This document shows positions 1 through 13,740 of a stretch of 64,000 bases of DNA, piece by piece. The notes under the pieces are model-generated. The model ran no database searches, was not told where the DNA came from, and worked only from the letters and a program-made list of their open reading frames with translations. This DNA is from Octopus bimaculoides (Eukaryota): positions 92,499,818-92,563,817 of the forward strand of contig NC_068982.1 in NCBI RefSeq assembly GCF_001194135.2, read 5' to 3'. Within the stretch, counting starts at the first letter, position 1. Every line of letters starts with the position of its first letter. The position numbers were made by a program, and so were the translations under genes.

Positions 1-3000
1 AGAAAAACTCTTTATAAAAGAACTTATGTCAAAGATATTTGATGAAAGTTTGTTTTTAAGAATTACATTATTCTGATGTTTGTAAGACATTGCTATATCT
101 ATCAATTATTTCATGTTATTTTTCATTCTCGATTATCCCAAATAACATTCAGGGAGAACAAGTGAGTTGTTTCAATTCAAATATTATATATATTAATTTT
201 CTTTTCTTTCTTCATGCTTGTTAACATCTTGTTTTAGAAGTTTTACTTAGAACCACAGTACATAGATATTGAGTTGTTATGCAAGGTTTTTTTTATTTTT
301 GTAACACCATGTTAGTTGTCTTTGTGTTTGTCTTCAGATTTTATTTTCAATGGCTGTCTATTTAGCAGCATGAATTTTATTAGTTATTTATTTATAAGAA
401 GTATTATGTTACATGATACTAATACAGTGGTTAATTTAGCAACTACCAGGTGATGTAATTAATATAGTTTAGCATAACAATCTCTATATTATATATTTAT
501 GATGTGCTACTAAAACATTGTCTTTTTCATATTCTCTTGTATTATTAAGTCTAGTGTATAGTCGTCTAAATATGCGGCATCTATTTTGTTAGTTTTGAAG
601 TTTATTTTATTTTTGCATTCTGCTCTGATACAGTATTCGGTATTAACTGTGGGTAACGGTTACTTGATATTTATCAGTTTAACATTTATTTCTTGTTATT
701 TATTGAAAGTTTTTTCATTTTTTCAATTCAGAATGATGTCAAAAATTTAAATATTTCATTCTAAATTGATCAGTAACATATACTTTGTGGTGATGGGTAT
801 TTATTGAATTTATATATTATTCATTTGCAAATAAATAAAAACAAAAAACTACATTAATTTTGGTGTAATTTGATTTGCTTAATGCAATGAAAAAAGGAGT
901 ACCATTAAATACAAGAAATATATAGATATTTGAAGCTGATATGGGTGTGTTTGAAGTAGAGGATAATAGACAGTAACAAAACAATAAGAAAATGTTTTAA
1001 TTGAAAATTTCTATGAGACCTTAGAAAATTCAACCTTGAGGATAAAAGTATGGAGACTATGTTGCATAATCCTCATCCAATTTATGTTAGCATGGAGAAG
1101 TAGTGGTTGAAGATTTCTTGATTAGTCATTAAGGAACAGTAAGTAAAAATAAAACAACCTCCAAAGTGATAAGAAATAATTCTTTTGATTTTTATTAATT
1201 ACTTATTTCAATTTTTTAAAGGTAAATTTAAAGAACACATGTAATTTCAAATATAATTATGGTCAATCAAGGGTCATTCAGTTGGTGTAAAAAAATGGAA
1301 TTGGGACCTAGAGCTGATTTTATTATGCATTTGTTTTATCTCTCTCTTTTACTGAGGTTGCATGACTAAATATAATTTGGAGAAATTGCATTTGTAGTTG
1401 GGTGTCATCAATCAAGCTGAAGCAAGCAAAGTTATGTACCTTGCTTACTGGCACTCAGTAATAAGATTTGACCCAAGTTAATTATTTTTAATATGATAAG
1501 ATATGCTAATTGTTGCAAACATGGCCAATCATAATTTTCTATAAACAATTGTTTTGCTAAAGAAATTTTTCAGTTTAAAGAACAAGTATTTTAACACCTT
1601 CTATAAATTTTACAATCACAATATTATGTATTGTAGCATTCTGCCAAATAAATAAAATATAAAAAGTCATACACAAATTTTCTTGTAACAAAAAAGTTTC
1701 AACAAACTGTTTCTAATCACGGCATTTTCTGTACATTTCTTTTAATAAAGATAACTGGTTAGTGCTCTATTTAGTAATTGTTTCTAATTTTCATTCATTT
1801 AAAGGTGAAGTTAGACTTGTAGTACATTTTAGTTGATAAATTCTACAAGTTAAGGAAATAAAATTTCCATAGATCTTTCCTAAATAGCTTAAAGCTTCAG
1901 TATTGCAGATGTTATCAAATAAACTGTTTTCCTCACTTTGATTAGGAGTAAAAAATAAAAGGAAAACCTGTCCAGTTATGAATAATTGCTAACTTTATAC
2001 AAAATCACCTACATTCCCCATTGCATCATATAAAATAATACCTGATTTACCAGAAAATCTTCCCTTTATTAATCACAAGTAATTTAATCACTAATGAATC
2101 ATCATCTTTTTTATTTTTGATCTCCCATTTCATACATACATGAATGCACACACACATATGCACAGATATGGCTATGTAGTTAAAAAAATTTGCTTCCCAA
2201 TCACATGGTTTCAGGTTTAGTCCCACTGCATGGTACCTTGAGCAAGAGTCTTTTACTATAGCACTGAGCTAATCAAAGTCTTGTGAGTGAACTTGGTAGG
2301 CGGAAAGGAGCCTGTCATATTTATATCATCATCAGCTAATGTCCATCATCCATGGTTGTATGGGTTGGATAGTTCAACAAAATCCAACAAACCAGAGGGC
2401 TGTAAACATATATATAGTTGAAATGAACAAAAAACAAATTATTGATATTTCATTAGGTATATTTCAGTAATCAGAAATCAATCAGATTGATTACAAATCA
2501 TTTCAACAAACTACAATACTGAAGTAGGAAATCCATTCTAGACATCCCATTATATATATATANNNNNNNNNNNNNNNNNNNNNNNNNNNNNNNNNNNNNN
2601 NNNNNNNNNNNNNNNNNNNNNNNNNNNNNNNNNNNNNNNNNNNNNNNNNNNNNNNNNNNNNNNNNNNNNNNNNNNNNNNNNNNNNNNNNNNNNNNNNNNN
2701 NNNNNNNNNNNNNNNNNNNNNNNNNNNNNNNNNNNNNNNNNNNNNNNNNNNNNNNNNNNNNNNNNNNNNNNNNNNNNNNNNNNNNNNNNNNNNNNNNNNN
2801 NNNNNNNNNNNNNNNNNNNNNNNNNNNNNNNNNNNNNNNNNNNNNNNNNNNNNNNNNNNNNNNNNNNNNNNNNNNNNNNNNNNNNNNNNNNNNNNNNNNN
2901 NNNNNNNNNNNNNNNNNNNNNNNNNNNNNNNNNNNNNNNNNNNNNNNNNNNNNNNNNNNNNNNNNNNNNNNNNNNNNNNNNNNNNNNNNNNNNNNNNNNN

Positions 3001-3046
3001 NNNNNNNNNNNNNNNNNNNNNNNNNNNNNNNNNNNNNNNNNNNNNN

Positions 3047-3091
<45 letters not shown>

Positions 3092-3472
3092 TAGAGAGAT
3101 ATGCTGAAAAGTTCCTGGCTTTAAGGGTATTGCAAAAGGCCTGGTTGGAGGCTCAACTTTCCAAGTTCCTTTACAGGGTTTAGAAAAAACTGATGGGCCA
3201 CTGCAGTAATTGTGTAAATCTGAGAGGGGAATATGTTAAATGAAATCATAATTAACTGATCCTCCTGTATTTCCTATTATTCAAAGCCAGGAACTTTTCA
3301 GTGTGTGTGTGTATATGGTATAACACTATACATACATATATCTAGGTATCTGAATGTAGGCTTGTGTGTCTATATATAATAAACATACATACATATGTTT
3401 GGGAGTGTGTACAAGTAATGACTATAAATTTGTATAAGCCTCTGTGTGTGTGTGTGTGTATATGTGTGTGTA

Positions 3473-3563
<91 letters not shown>

Positions 3564-4434
3564 NNNNNNNNNNNNNNNNNNNNNNNNNNNNNNNNNNNNN
3601 NNNNNNNNNNNNNNNNNNNNNNNNNNNNNNNNNNNNNNNNNNNNNNNNNNNNNNNNNNNNNNNNNNNNNNNNNNNNNNNNNNNNNNNNNNNNNNNNNNNN
3701 NNNNNNNNNNNNNNNNNNNNNNNNNNNNNNNNNNNNNNNNNNNNNNNNNNNNNNNNNNNNNNNNNNNNNNNNNNNNNNNNNNNNNNNNNNNNNNNNNNNN
3801 NNNNNNNNNNNNNNNNNNNNNNNNNNNNNNNNNNNNNNNNNNNNNNNNNNNNTATATATATATATATATATAGATGGTGACTATATACATAGTGTCATAT
3901 AAACATATATGTACATGTGTAAAAACTTTATTCTACTTTTTTTGCCAATGGTGTATATTTTAGTAAACTTATTGTCATTTTTACCTATTTTTTTCACTTG
4001 TGCCATTGCTACTGTTCACCATCTATATGTGGTTACTCGACTTGCTAGAAATAGCAGCCAAATCATCCTCAAGTCACATCTCATTGTCCTTTAAAAAGAA
4101 GGGCACATTTAATAATGTAATTCAAGATATGTGTTTGATATCTGCTTTACCAGATTTGAGCTTTACCAGATCTGAGCTTTATAGATATGTGTTTGATATC
4201 TGCTTTACCAGATCTGAGCTTTATAGCAAATTTATTTAAATTATGAGCTAGAGCTAGAGCTAATTTTTCTTCTATTTACTATTGTAGTTTTGATAATGTT
4301 TTCCAATTTAGTGTTGATTTAATTTGCAATCCTTTATTTTTAGTTTTTTTGCCATGTATTTGATAAATTGATATATTAACTGGAAAATGATTCCATACTA
4401 AAATTTTCTGTTTTTTCTTTTTTTTCTAATTTAG

Positions 4435-5582
4435 GGCGAAGTCATCCTGTGCGCACATCTACGGCCATTGGACAAAATCAAGTACCAGTGTCTCCTATTC
4501 CACGGAAAGGTTTATCTCCAAGCAAAACAAGCCCATTGTATGCACATATGTCAAATAAAGCAAGCAGTCAAGGAAAACAACCCAATACCTTGGAAGTTAA
4601 TAAAATTGCATCTAATGATGTTGAAGAAGGGATTGATGCTGTAGCATTCCAGAGTTTGAATCAACCTTGTGACAGTAAAAAAACACATCATGTAGGGCAA
4701 AACACTAATCCCATGAACATACAAGAGATTCCATTGGAGGACTTATCTCGTAAAGGCCGAAAGAGTAAATCTGATGGTGAGCGGCGGTCATTTTCATTTG
4801 GTGGTAGTCATCGGTCAGAACACAGTAGGAGTCACTCACACAGCCCTCGTAGAATACGAAGTGGTTCTAGTCCTGCTTCCTACTCTCCAGATCGTCGTAG
4901 CAGTCGTGTTCGGTCAGTATCATCAGATAAAAGTAAACATGACAGAAATAGTGACAGCCATTCAACAATCACACCTGGTTCCTGCTCTCAAAGTGGCTCG
5001 CAGTCTTCATCAGACAATAGTCCAGAATCTACTAAAACTTCTTTGAAAGATCTGGCTAAACTGTTACAATCCCCCAAAACTCTACGACCTGCAGAGGCTC
5101 CAACATTGTCTCTCTTAGTAGATGGAGAAAAAACTGATCCAGGGAGTCCAACCCTGCTACCTCCAATGGAGACACATATAGTGAAAGTGAAAGCAAGCAG
5201 TTTTAATGGTGCTACCAGTGCTGGCACTTCTTCAACATCTGCATCAGATGAAGACAATAGTGAAGAAGCTATACGTAGCCCAATTATTGTGCCAATGCGA
5301 GGAGTTAGCTCTCCTTCGGTACAGCTCACCCGTTTAGCCCAGATAGTACAACAGCACTATAAGTATGCTGATAACAACAACGAACATGCACAGCTGGTGT
5401 TTTCTCCAGTAGAACCACCTGCTGAAATTGGTCAGCCAGTTGAAGCAGATGATGTTTTGGACTCTCCGGTTAATGGTGTCCCATCAGCAGCACCTAGTGA
5501 TGTCACAAAACACTCATCTCCAGTTAACAGTGTCCCACCACCACCATCCACTGATATTGTGGAACAGTCCACTTTGGGATAA
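4435..5582 (+). CDS. Terminal coding exon of an unidentified plus-strand gene; Ser/Arg/Pro-rich, probably disordered C-terminus (about 381 codons)
   Basis: Pyrimidine tract plus AG acceptor (ttttttctaatttag, AG at 4433-4434); open frame (x)GG CGA AGT CAT CCT GTG... to TAA 5580-5582; GC and codon usage clearly unlike the flanks; no recognisable domain. Confidence 0.8.
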
Positions 5583-5881
5583 AAAATTCTATTTATTGTT
5601 GCTGATATGTTTGTGTAGTTCAGAAAAAAAAAAAAGAAAAAAAACTAATAAAATTGAAAAATTCCCTAACTCTTTGGACCATCTTAAAATCTAAGATAAT
5701 TTAATTTGGAACAAATAAAATGTTACGCTAGAAGGAGGCAGAAAAAATGTTAATTAATTTAAAAATTGTAAAATAATATATTAGTTATTACTAAAGAAAA
5801 GTAAAAAATTGAACTCTTTATTCCCCAAATCCCTGAACCGACCACAAGATTTTTGCAGTACCTTCCTGAGTATCTGTTGTT

Positions 5882-5908
5882 AATAAATTTTTATTTCTGC
5901 GCAATAAA
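5882..5908 (+). terminator. Candidate polyadenylation signals of the plus-strand gene
   Basis: AATAAA at 5882-5887 and 5903-5908, about 300 nt after the stop; AATAAA is common in AT-rich DNA. Confidence 0.3.
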
Positions 5909-7483
5909 TTCTTGTTAAAATATTTTCTCACCTTTTTATTAGTATTGTTTATTTCTCTTATTCTAATTAGTTTGTAACGATTGGAAAAAATAATGTATGT
6001 TGTAAAATACTGATGTTGGTTTAGATTGGCTGGGTCAGCTGCACAATATATTGCTACTTATGTTGGTTTTTACATTTCTTTTTGAGTTCCACACTCTTTA
6101 GATTTGATCTCACCATTTCATTCTCTTCCACTGTTTCCTTTACCAACATCACTTTTCTCCATATGTCTCTATTAAAGGTAATGATTTTAATAACCAGCTA
6201 GATTATTTCTTATATATTGTAACTTGTGAATAATAACATTAATAATAGAATGAGCCAGTCACTAGTTTACTGCATTTCTGACAGTAAGATAATATCTGTA
6301 ACTTGGTGCAAAGGTGTCTGAAGAACATCAGTTTTTCTATAGTAAAAAAAAAAAATCGAAGCATATCATGATGATGATGATGCTTGTTTATCTAAGTTTG
6401 CATAGGTTTGATTGGTTTTCTCCAGCACAGGGTCTTGCCACTTACTGTGAGTCCCTGTCTTTCCCTTTTGGAGGTTCAGTCTCTTAAGAAATAAGTCTCC
6501 ACCATTTTTTCCCATGTCTTTCTCTTCTACAGTTGCCTTCCACTTGGATAATTTAATAGTTTTATTCAACTGTCATCCACCATATGTATCAAACGTCCAT
6601 ACCAATGCAGTCTTTTTCTCTTGCACATTGTGGGAAAGAGAAAAGACTCATATACTGTTTTACCCTTAGTTCAGTTGTGCTTTACTGTTCACATACATTA
6701 ACATTACACAAACAGAGATGCATACTTATATCATTTCCTTCTAGTCTTTGCACACCCTCTTCATTCAGTGCTCATGCTTGGCTATCAAGAACATCACATT
6801 TCTTACATGTGCATCATACAATTTGCTCTTCACTTATAGAGAGAATTCCTTTGCAAGCAGAGATAAATTGTTCTTACTCTGGCTACAATGCATTTGGAAT
6901 ACCCACTCCACTGGTAATTTGGTCATCAAGGTAATAGAAGCTATCAGCTTTTTCTAGAGACTTTTCTGTGCTTTCAAAAGTATTTCATAAATGTTTTTGT
7001 TATATACAAAGCTTCTCTTTGTGAGCTTATCTGTAATCCAAATGCCAGATATAGGTGTACATCTTGTACACCCATTTGATGCTGGTATTTGATGCAATCA
7101 GAATTCCAACCTATTCTCTTCTGCATATTAAGTGTGGTCACTTATTAGAATCTTTTGTTTTTCCTCCTTACTAAAACTTTTGTCTTTGCAGGGTTTACTT
7201 TGAGGTCTCTCCTCTCATATTTGGAGTTTTTTCCTTTACTCTTTAACAGACTCGCCTACAAAGACTAATCCATGAGCATAAAGGATTCCCTAAGGATAGT
7301 TGGTCTTAAATTCCCCTATTGTGACTTGGGTAACTGTAACAAATAGGAGGCAATGAGCTTCCACACAGTTTTTGTCTGCCAAATTTTATTCACAAGGTAT
7401 TGGTCAGTGTCATTTCTCTCCAGTTTCTACAAATCTTCCACATTAAATTTCTATGTCACTTTTTACACATGCTTCATACAACA

Positions 7484-7760
7484 TCATCATCGTTTAACAT
7501 CCGTTTTCCATGCTAGCATGGGTTGGATGATTTGACTGAGGACTGGTGAAACCAGATGGCTACACCAGGCTCCAATCTGATTTGGCAGAGTTTCTACAGC
7601 TGGATGTCCTTCCTAATACCAACCACTCCGAGAGTGTAGTGGGTGCTTTTACGTGCCACCGGCACGAAGGCCAGTCAGGAGGTACTGGCAACGGCCACGC
7701 TCAAAATGGTGTATTTTACGTGCCACCTGCACAGGAGCCAGTCCAGCGGCACTGGCAACA
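7484..7760 (-). repeat. Dispersed retroposon 3' end with (ATG)n tail
   Basis: Highly similar to 18110-18400 and 55618-55960. Confidence 0.85.
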
Positions 7761-10644
7761 CTTCATAAAAACACTTTATTAATGCTTCTCTGAATTTCAT
7801 CCACCTCTTCTTTTTTCTGGCATCTGTACTTGACATCAAAATGTTTCATACTTCCATTCTGACAACACATCATTAGCAAATTTCCTACTCTTAGATCCAC
7901 TCTGATTAGGTATACCTGATTTCCTGCTACCCACCTACTTTACTACCTTTTTTTCTTCCACGGCTTCTATGTTGATTGGTACCCTGTTCTCTTCAAAATC
8001 AGTTCTTTGTAACAGTAAGATGTCTTTATGTTGTAGTTCTCTTTCATGTTCTCAATCAATATAGGTATAACAATTGTGTGGAAGTCTCAGCTAACAGTGA
8101 GATGATTTAATTCCCATGCCATCTCTCTCCAACTTTTCATTTGCTTCTATGTTCATATCATTAATCACCAAAGTTTATTGAAGAATACATTTCTCTATTC
8201 AGTGTTCAAAAATATCTGCCTGTCTTGCTTTCTGATAAGTACAAAATCAATCTGGTTCTCATTTCCATCACTAGGCTATATCTGAAAAAGTAAATGGTGG
8301 ATAACAATTCTAGGTCTAGGAACTTCAGTAGGATAATTTTGTTTTAGATTATGGAAAAAGGAAATTTTGAGAATTTTTGCTTGTTATTTACATGTAAGAA
8401 TGGCATATTTAGTAGCATGCTGAACAAAATACCTTGAGGTACATATTTACATTCTGATTTCAAATCCAACCTTGAACCCTAACCATTTGCCTTTCATCCT
8501 CCAAAGGTTGATAAAATAAGTGCTTGGATCAATGTAATTAACTGTACCCTAGAAGCCTGGTTCCAACATGGCTTTAAGTTCAGTTGATGAAACCAATGAT
8601 AGAATATAATTTCCTCCCAATAGCAACTACCAGTCACTTGTGAGCAAGAATGACTTAGTGATTCTTTCAGTAATTGTTTTAGGTGCCTATGTTGTTGTGA
8701 GCAGACATAGACAATCTCTTGGCCCTCCTGTCCTTGCTTCCAGTGGAACATCCAGGATATGACAGCTGGAGGGAGAGGAGCATAACAGAATCCAGTTGGT
8801 ACTCATTTAAAGCTGAGTTGAATGGAGCAATGTGAAGTGAAGTATGAATATGTGCTATCTGGTCCAGGAAATGAACCTCTGACTTTATAGGATAAAAGAA
8901 AAACTGGATATACTACTTAGATTTTTTTTTTGCTACATAATCAGTCAGAATTTATTTTCTTCTAAACAGATGTACAAATTATTCAGCACCTGAAACAATT
9001 CAGTATCCTTTTAATTTGCTTGGGAACTGTCAGTAAGCTGCTAGTACCTGCTTCTAATTCCCATGGTTGTAAGGGGGATCTTCCTCAGAATAGGATGCAA
9101 GTAGATTTTTATTCCTTTGTTGGAACTGAACTCAAAACTTTGAGCCAATGGTATTCTCAGTTCTACTTATAGTAGTGAATGATATCACCTGTTGGTACCC
9201 CGTTGAATTAGACTCTGCTATTGACAGTTGACAGAGACACAGTACACTAAGCTCATTGTCCAATGTTCTAATACCATTGATCCCTGTTCTTCCCTGTTAT
9301 TAACACCATCATTACTATAACACATATACAGATAATATCTATCATGACAACTTTCATATTCATTCTTGATATGTTCCAGCATATTTAAATGTGAATATGC
9401 TAACCCCTGCTGTGTTTGGTCATAGGAGAACAATTCTTTTAGATGAATGTGTGTTCATAACACACTCGATACAGTAACATATGAAGACTCTGGGAAACAT
9501 GGTGTTTGAACATCTTTGAATCTCATCAGCCAAAGGCAGACTACTGAATTTAACGTGTTTGTAATTCTTGTTTATAACTTCAAACAAGTTATTTGCTGAT
9601 GCAACAGATGATAAATTCTCATGTACACAGTAAACAGTGAGAATCAAAATAAGTTGTTCTGGCAGATTCAAAAGTAAATATGCTAATTACAGTTGTATTT
9701 TATCAGTGGAAAACTTCTTTCAGACAAAAATCTATATAATTATTGTAGTTTCACATAATTTTGGAAGATAGTGTATATTACTCTTTCTTATTTCTTTTTT
9801 TTTTTTCTTATAAAGATGCATAACACAAAGGATTGATTTATGCAATCCTCATTATACAAATGATATTCACTGTGGAGGTGGGATGCTGATTCTGCAGATG
9901 GAGCTGGTAGGAGTGGCGTTTTTTCAGATTGATAATCTAGGATGATGATTTTTCAGGTGATTGGTCAATTTGGTTGATACTTTATTGACCTCAGCAAGAT
10001 GAAAGGCAAACTTAACCTTGGCAAGATTTGAGCTCAGAATGTAATCTTGGAGGCATTTGAGTCCAGAATGTACTTCTACAGGATTTGAACTCAGAATGTG
10101 AAGATCTGGAACACCACTAGGCATGTTCTCCAACCTGTTTTTTCTTTTTCAAACAGCAATACAAATCCAGGAATTTTGGGGAGGAGTTAGTTGATGAAAT
10201 CAAACCCCAGTGCTTGATTGTTACTTTATTTTATTAACTCTGGAAGGAGAGAAAGCAAAGTTCACCTTGGTGCTATTTGGATTCAGACCAAATATTACAG
10301 ATCCACAGCCCTTACATCAATAATAATAATTATAATTGATGGTAATAATCTAGTTAGTTGATAGCTCTTCGAAAGAGTGAAAAACAGAACCAAAACAAAT
10401 TAGGTAATCTTAATACATTCATTTTCAAAATATCCTCAATCAATATGTTACTATAATTTATAATAGATATAACTATATTTAGGGACTGAAATTGAACAAC
10501 ATAGAAATAGAATATCCACTTTGTGTTTACCTGTACAAATTTCATCTTTTAGAACATGTGTTGACTGCCTTTCAAATCTTCCTCCTCGTTCTTGTTCTTC
10601 CTCTTCCCAGGACTTAAGTCTTTTCTCTTCAAATATTCACTGAA

Positions 10645-10679
<35 letters not shown>

Positions 10680-10877
10680 GGAAATAATTTTAAGTATAAT
10701 TATGAGAGTATTAATAGATGTTTTTAATTTTTTGTCATTTAAAAAATTTTCTGTTTATCTTTATCATAGTTTTTTTGGTTCTTTTTTTTTTTCACTTACT
10801 TTCAATATTTGTGTGGTGAAAGAGATAAACTCTTTGTAATCATCAAAGTAAGTCATGCTTCACCACCTCATCTTATA

Positions 10878-11067
10878 TCTTCCTGGGTCTCCCTCTACCC
10901 CGGATTCCGTCAAATGTTTGGGAGTGGCACTTCTTCACACAGCTCTCTTCATCCATCTGTAGGACATGACCATACCAATGTACTACAGATGGATGAGGAG
11001 AGCTGTGTGAAGAAGTGCCACTCCCAAACAGTTGAAGGAATCCGGGGCAGAGGGAGACCGAGGAAGA
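10878..11067. repeat. Fold-back (inverted duplication) of an RTE 3' fragment, arms about 90 bp
   Basis: 10878-10967 is the reverse complement of 10978-11067 with 6 mismatches; 10-nt loop. Confidence 0.92.
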
Positions 11068-11247
11068 CATTGTGCCAAGAACTGAGCTGAGACCTTTTGA
11101 CTCCATTCTTCCATTCACCTTTACACAATAGTTACAGCTTCCACCCAGTTCAAATAGCAATGACAGTCAATAAATTTCAATGTTGTTCATTGAGTAAAAT
11201 AATATACTCACAAATGGATTTTCCAGGTTATTGCTTTGGTATTGAGT

Positions 11248-11627
11248 TGTTGGCACTCTGTCGCTTACGATGTCGAGGGTTCCAGTCGATCCGATCAATG
11301 GAACAGCCTGTTCGTGAAATTAATGTGCAAGTGGCTGAGCACTCCACAGACACGTGTACCCTTAACGTAGTTCTCGGGGATATTCAGCGTGACAGTGTGA
11401 CAAGGCTGACCCTTTGAATTACAGGCACAACAGAAACAGGAAGTAAGAGTGAGAGAAAGTTGTGGTGAAAGAGTACAACAGGGTTCGCCACCATCCCCTG
11501 CTGGAGCCTCGTGGAGCTTTAGGTGTTTTCGCTCAATAAACACTCACAACGCCCGGTCTGGGAATCGAAACCGCAATCCTATGACCGCGAGTCCGCTGCC
11601 CTAACCACTGGGCCATTGTGCCTCCAC
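11248..11627 (-). mobile_element. Full-length tRNA-derived SINE with 10-bp TSD
   Basis: A box TGGCCCAGTGG and B box GGTTTCGATTCC on the minus strand; TSD GGTATTGAGT (11238-11247, 11628-11637); related copies at about 18606-18799, 57953-58200, 59627-59820. Confidence 0.85.
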
Positions 11628-11870
11628 GGTATTGAGTAAAATAGGTCTATTCTTTCCAACTGATCTATTTGTGTATGGAAAAATTGTATCTTGTTCTGTT
11701 AAGAACAACAATGTGCTGCAGCTATTGTGATAATGCTGGAAAAAATGTCATCAACATTTCATACACTAAGTTTTCCAGTGATAAGAACTTTATTCCTAAT
11801 TGCTGTCATTTTGACACTTAATTCAGATGGGTTTATATATACATGCATATGTTTTAGCATTAATTTATTT

Positions 11871-12681
11871 GGATCTTTTCCCTTTGAACGGCAGAACGAG
11901 AAATTAATTTTTTGTAACTAAACGCTTTTAAACTTCGGACACAGGTAGAATGTGTCATATAAAACATCTTTTACTCTTAATATTGTTGAGAAAAGTTTAT
12001 ATTTTCAAAGTTATTTCATGTTAAAGTTGTTGTATTTTGCTAATTTCAAACAATCAATGACGTGTATTCAGCTGAATAAAATTACTGCTGTTGTTTGTCA
12101 ACAACAACTATAGGTGGTGTATATTTTGTTTGTCACTGTTATTTATGACATCATTTGTGTGTTTGTACTGGTTTTAGCCTTAAGGTGTTAGGGTTAAGGT
12201 TTAGGGTTACTGTTAGGGTTAGAGTTACAGAAAAAAATTAAAAATGAAGAAATTGGAGGGGTGGGGGTGGGGGCAAAAAAGTCTTTCCGAAAATAGTAGC
12301 TGAAAAACAGGAAAAAAAAAACTAAAAGCAGTAGAAATGCACGAACGATTATGGTGGTGCCATGAAGTAAACATGCTTCAGATACACTTGTTTATTCATA
12401 CAAATGTAACTGAGATGAAATATGTCATAAATAACAGTGACAAACGAAATATACACCACCGGAAGTTGTTGACAAACAACAGCAGTAATTTTATTCAGCC
12501 GAATACACATCATTGACTGGTTGAATTTAACACGAAATAACTTTGAAAATAGAAACTTTTCTCAACAACATTAAGAGTAAAAGATGCTTTATATAACACA
12601 TTCTACTAGTGTCCGAAGTTTGAAAGTGTTTAGTTACAAAAAAATTAATTTCTCCATCTGCTGTTCAAAGGGTAAAGATCC
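11871..12681. mobile_element. Non-autonomous fold-back DNA element (Merlin-like) with long TIRs and a telomere-like core
   Basis: Termini GGATCT...AGATCC; arms about 11871-12151 and 12423-12681; 8-bp TSD ATTTATTT (11863-11870, 12682-12689); degenerate TTAGGG repeats 12174-12228. Confidence 0.8.
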
Positions 12682-13478
12682 ATTTATTTGCTATCCTATT
12701 ATATTTTCTTTTAATCATCTTCATTCATTAACAGCCATAAAGCTAAAACTGAGCAAAGAAAGAATGGCACCTTGGGTAAGTGTCTTCTGCTGTAGCCTCA
12801 GGTCAACTGAAACTTTGTGGTTGAATTAGGTAGGCGGAAGCTCCCATTGATTGTGTAAGTGCTTGTGCCTCCTAACAGAGAGGTGAGATATTGCCATATC
12901 CAACCGATTCAGTGCTGGCTCTAAATTCCATAGAAAATCTGTAGAGATAACTTAAAAGTGATTGAATTGCACTGCTAACACAAAAAATAGGACACAGTAT
13001 TGATTTATTAACTTTTAATATATCTAGTAGTATATTATGGATGCAAAACGAAATACAGTGTCCCTACCGGCAATGTATGTACCAGTTGCCAGGAATGTGC
13101 TTAATACATAAATTGGTCTATCCAATAGTATTACACTGATAAACCTAGTAGTTATTTAAGCAATGTGTTCATGGATGGTTAATGGGTTGTTTGTGGAGCA
13201 ATAACTCCTAAAATATGCACATATATATATATATATATATATNNNNNNNNNNNNNNNNNNNNNNNNNNNNNNNNNNNNNNNNNNNNNNNNNNNNNNNNNN
13301 NNNNNNNNNNNNNNNNNNNNNNNNNNNNNNNNNNNNNNNNNNNNNNNNNNNNNNNNNNNNNNNNNNNNNNNNNNNNNNNNNNNNNNNNNNNNNTACATAG
13401 ATGTATTTGTATACAAAATGTTGTAACTTTCAGTGGTGGCTCTAAATTCAATAGAAAATCTGTAGAGATAACTTCAGT

Positions 13479-13523
<45 letters not shown>

Positions 13524-13617
13524 CAGACACATATATATATAGATAAGAATCAAATTGGATACTGAACATTTTGATTAATTTAATTAAAAAAAAAGATTTC
13601 CTCTTTTTATATATACA

Positions 13618-13651
<34 letters not shown>

Positions 13652-13740
13652 ATTTCAGTCATGTGGACACTTTTGGCCTCATGAATCATTTCCTTTTTAC
13701 ATTCAAGCTCATAGTCTTTCAATTTTTATCAACAATTGGT

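Noticed and set aside
340-800. T-rich stretch with small hairpins, considered as a NUMT or intronic snoRNA
   Set aside because: No sustained mitochondrial reading frame, cloverleaf or convincing C/D box pair
3342-3902. Long ORFs in the track (also 13156-13553, 24692-25054, 32032-32846, 44219-44761, 50045-50364, 55539-56199, 57451-58104, 61410-61820)
   Set aside because: Products of microsatellites, low complexity or N runs
10525-10645. Purine-rich minus-strand stretch with a GT donor that reads like Glu/Lys-rich coding sequence
   Set aside because: Preceded by poly(A) instead of a pyrimidine tract, and the only acceptor gives stops or no usable frame
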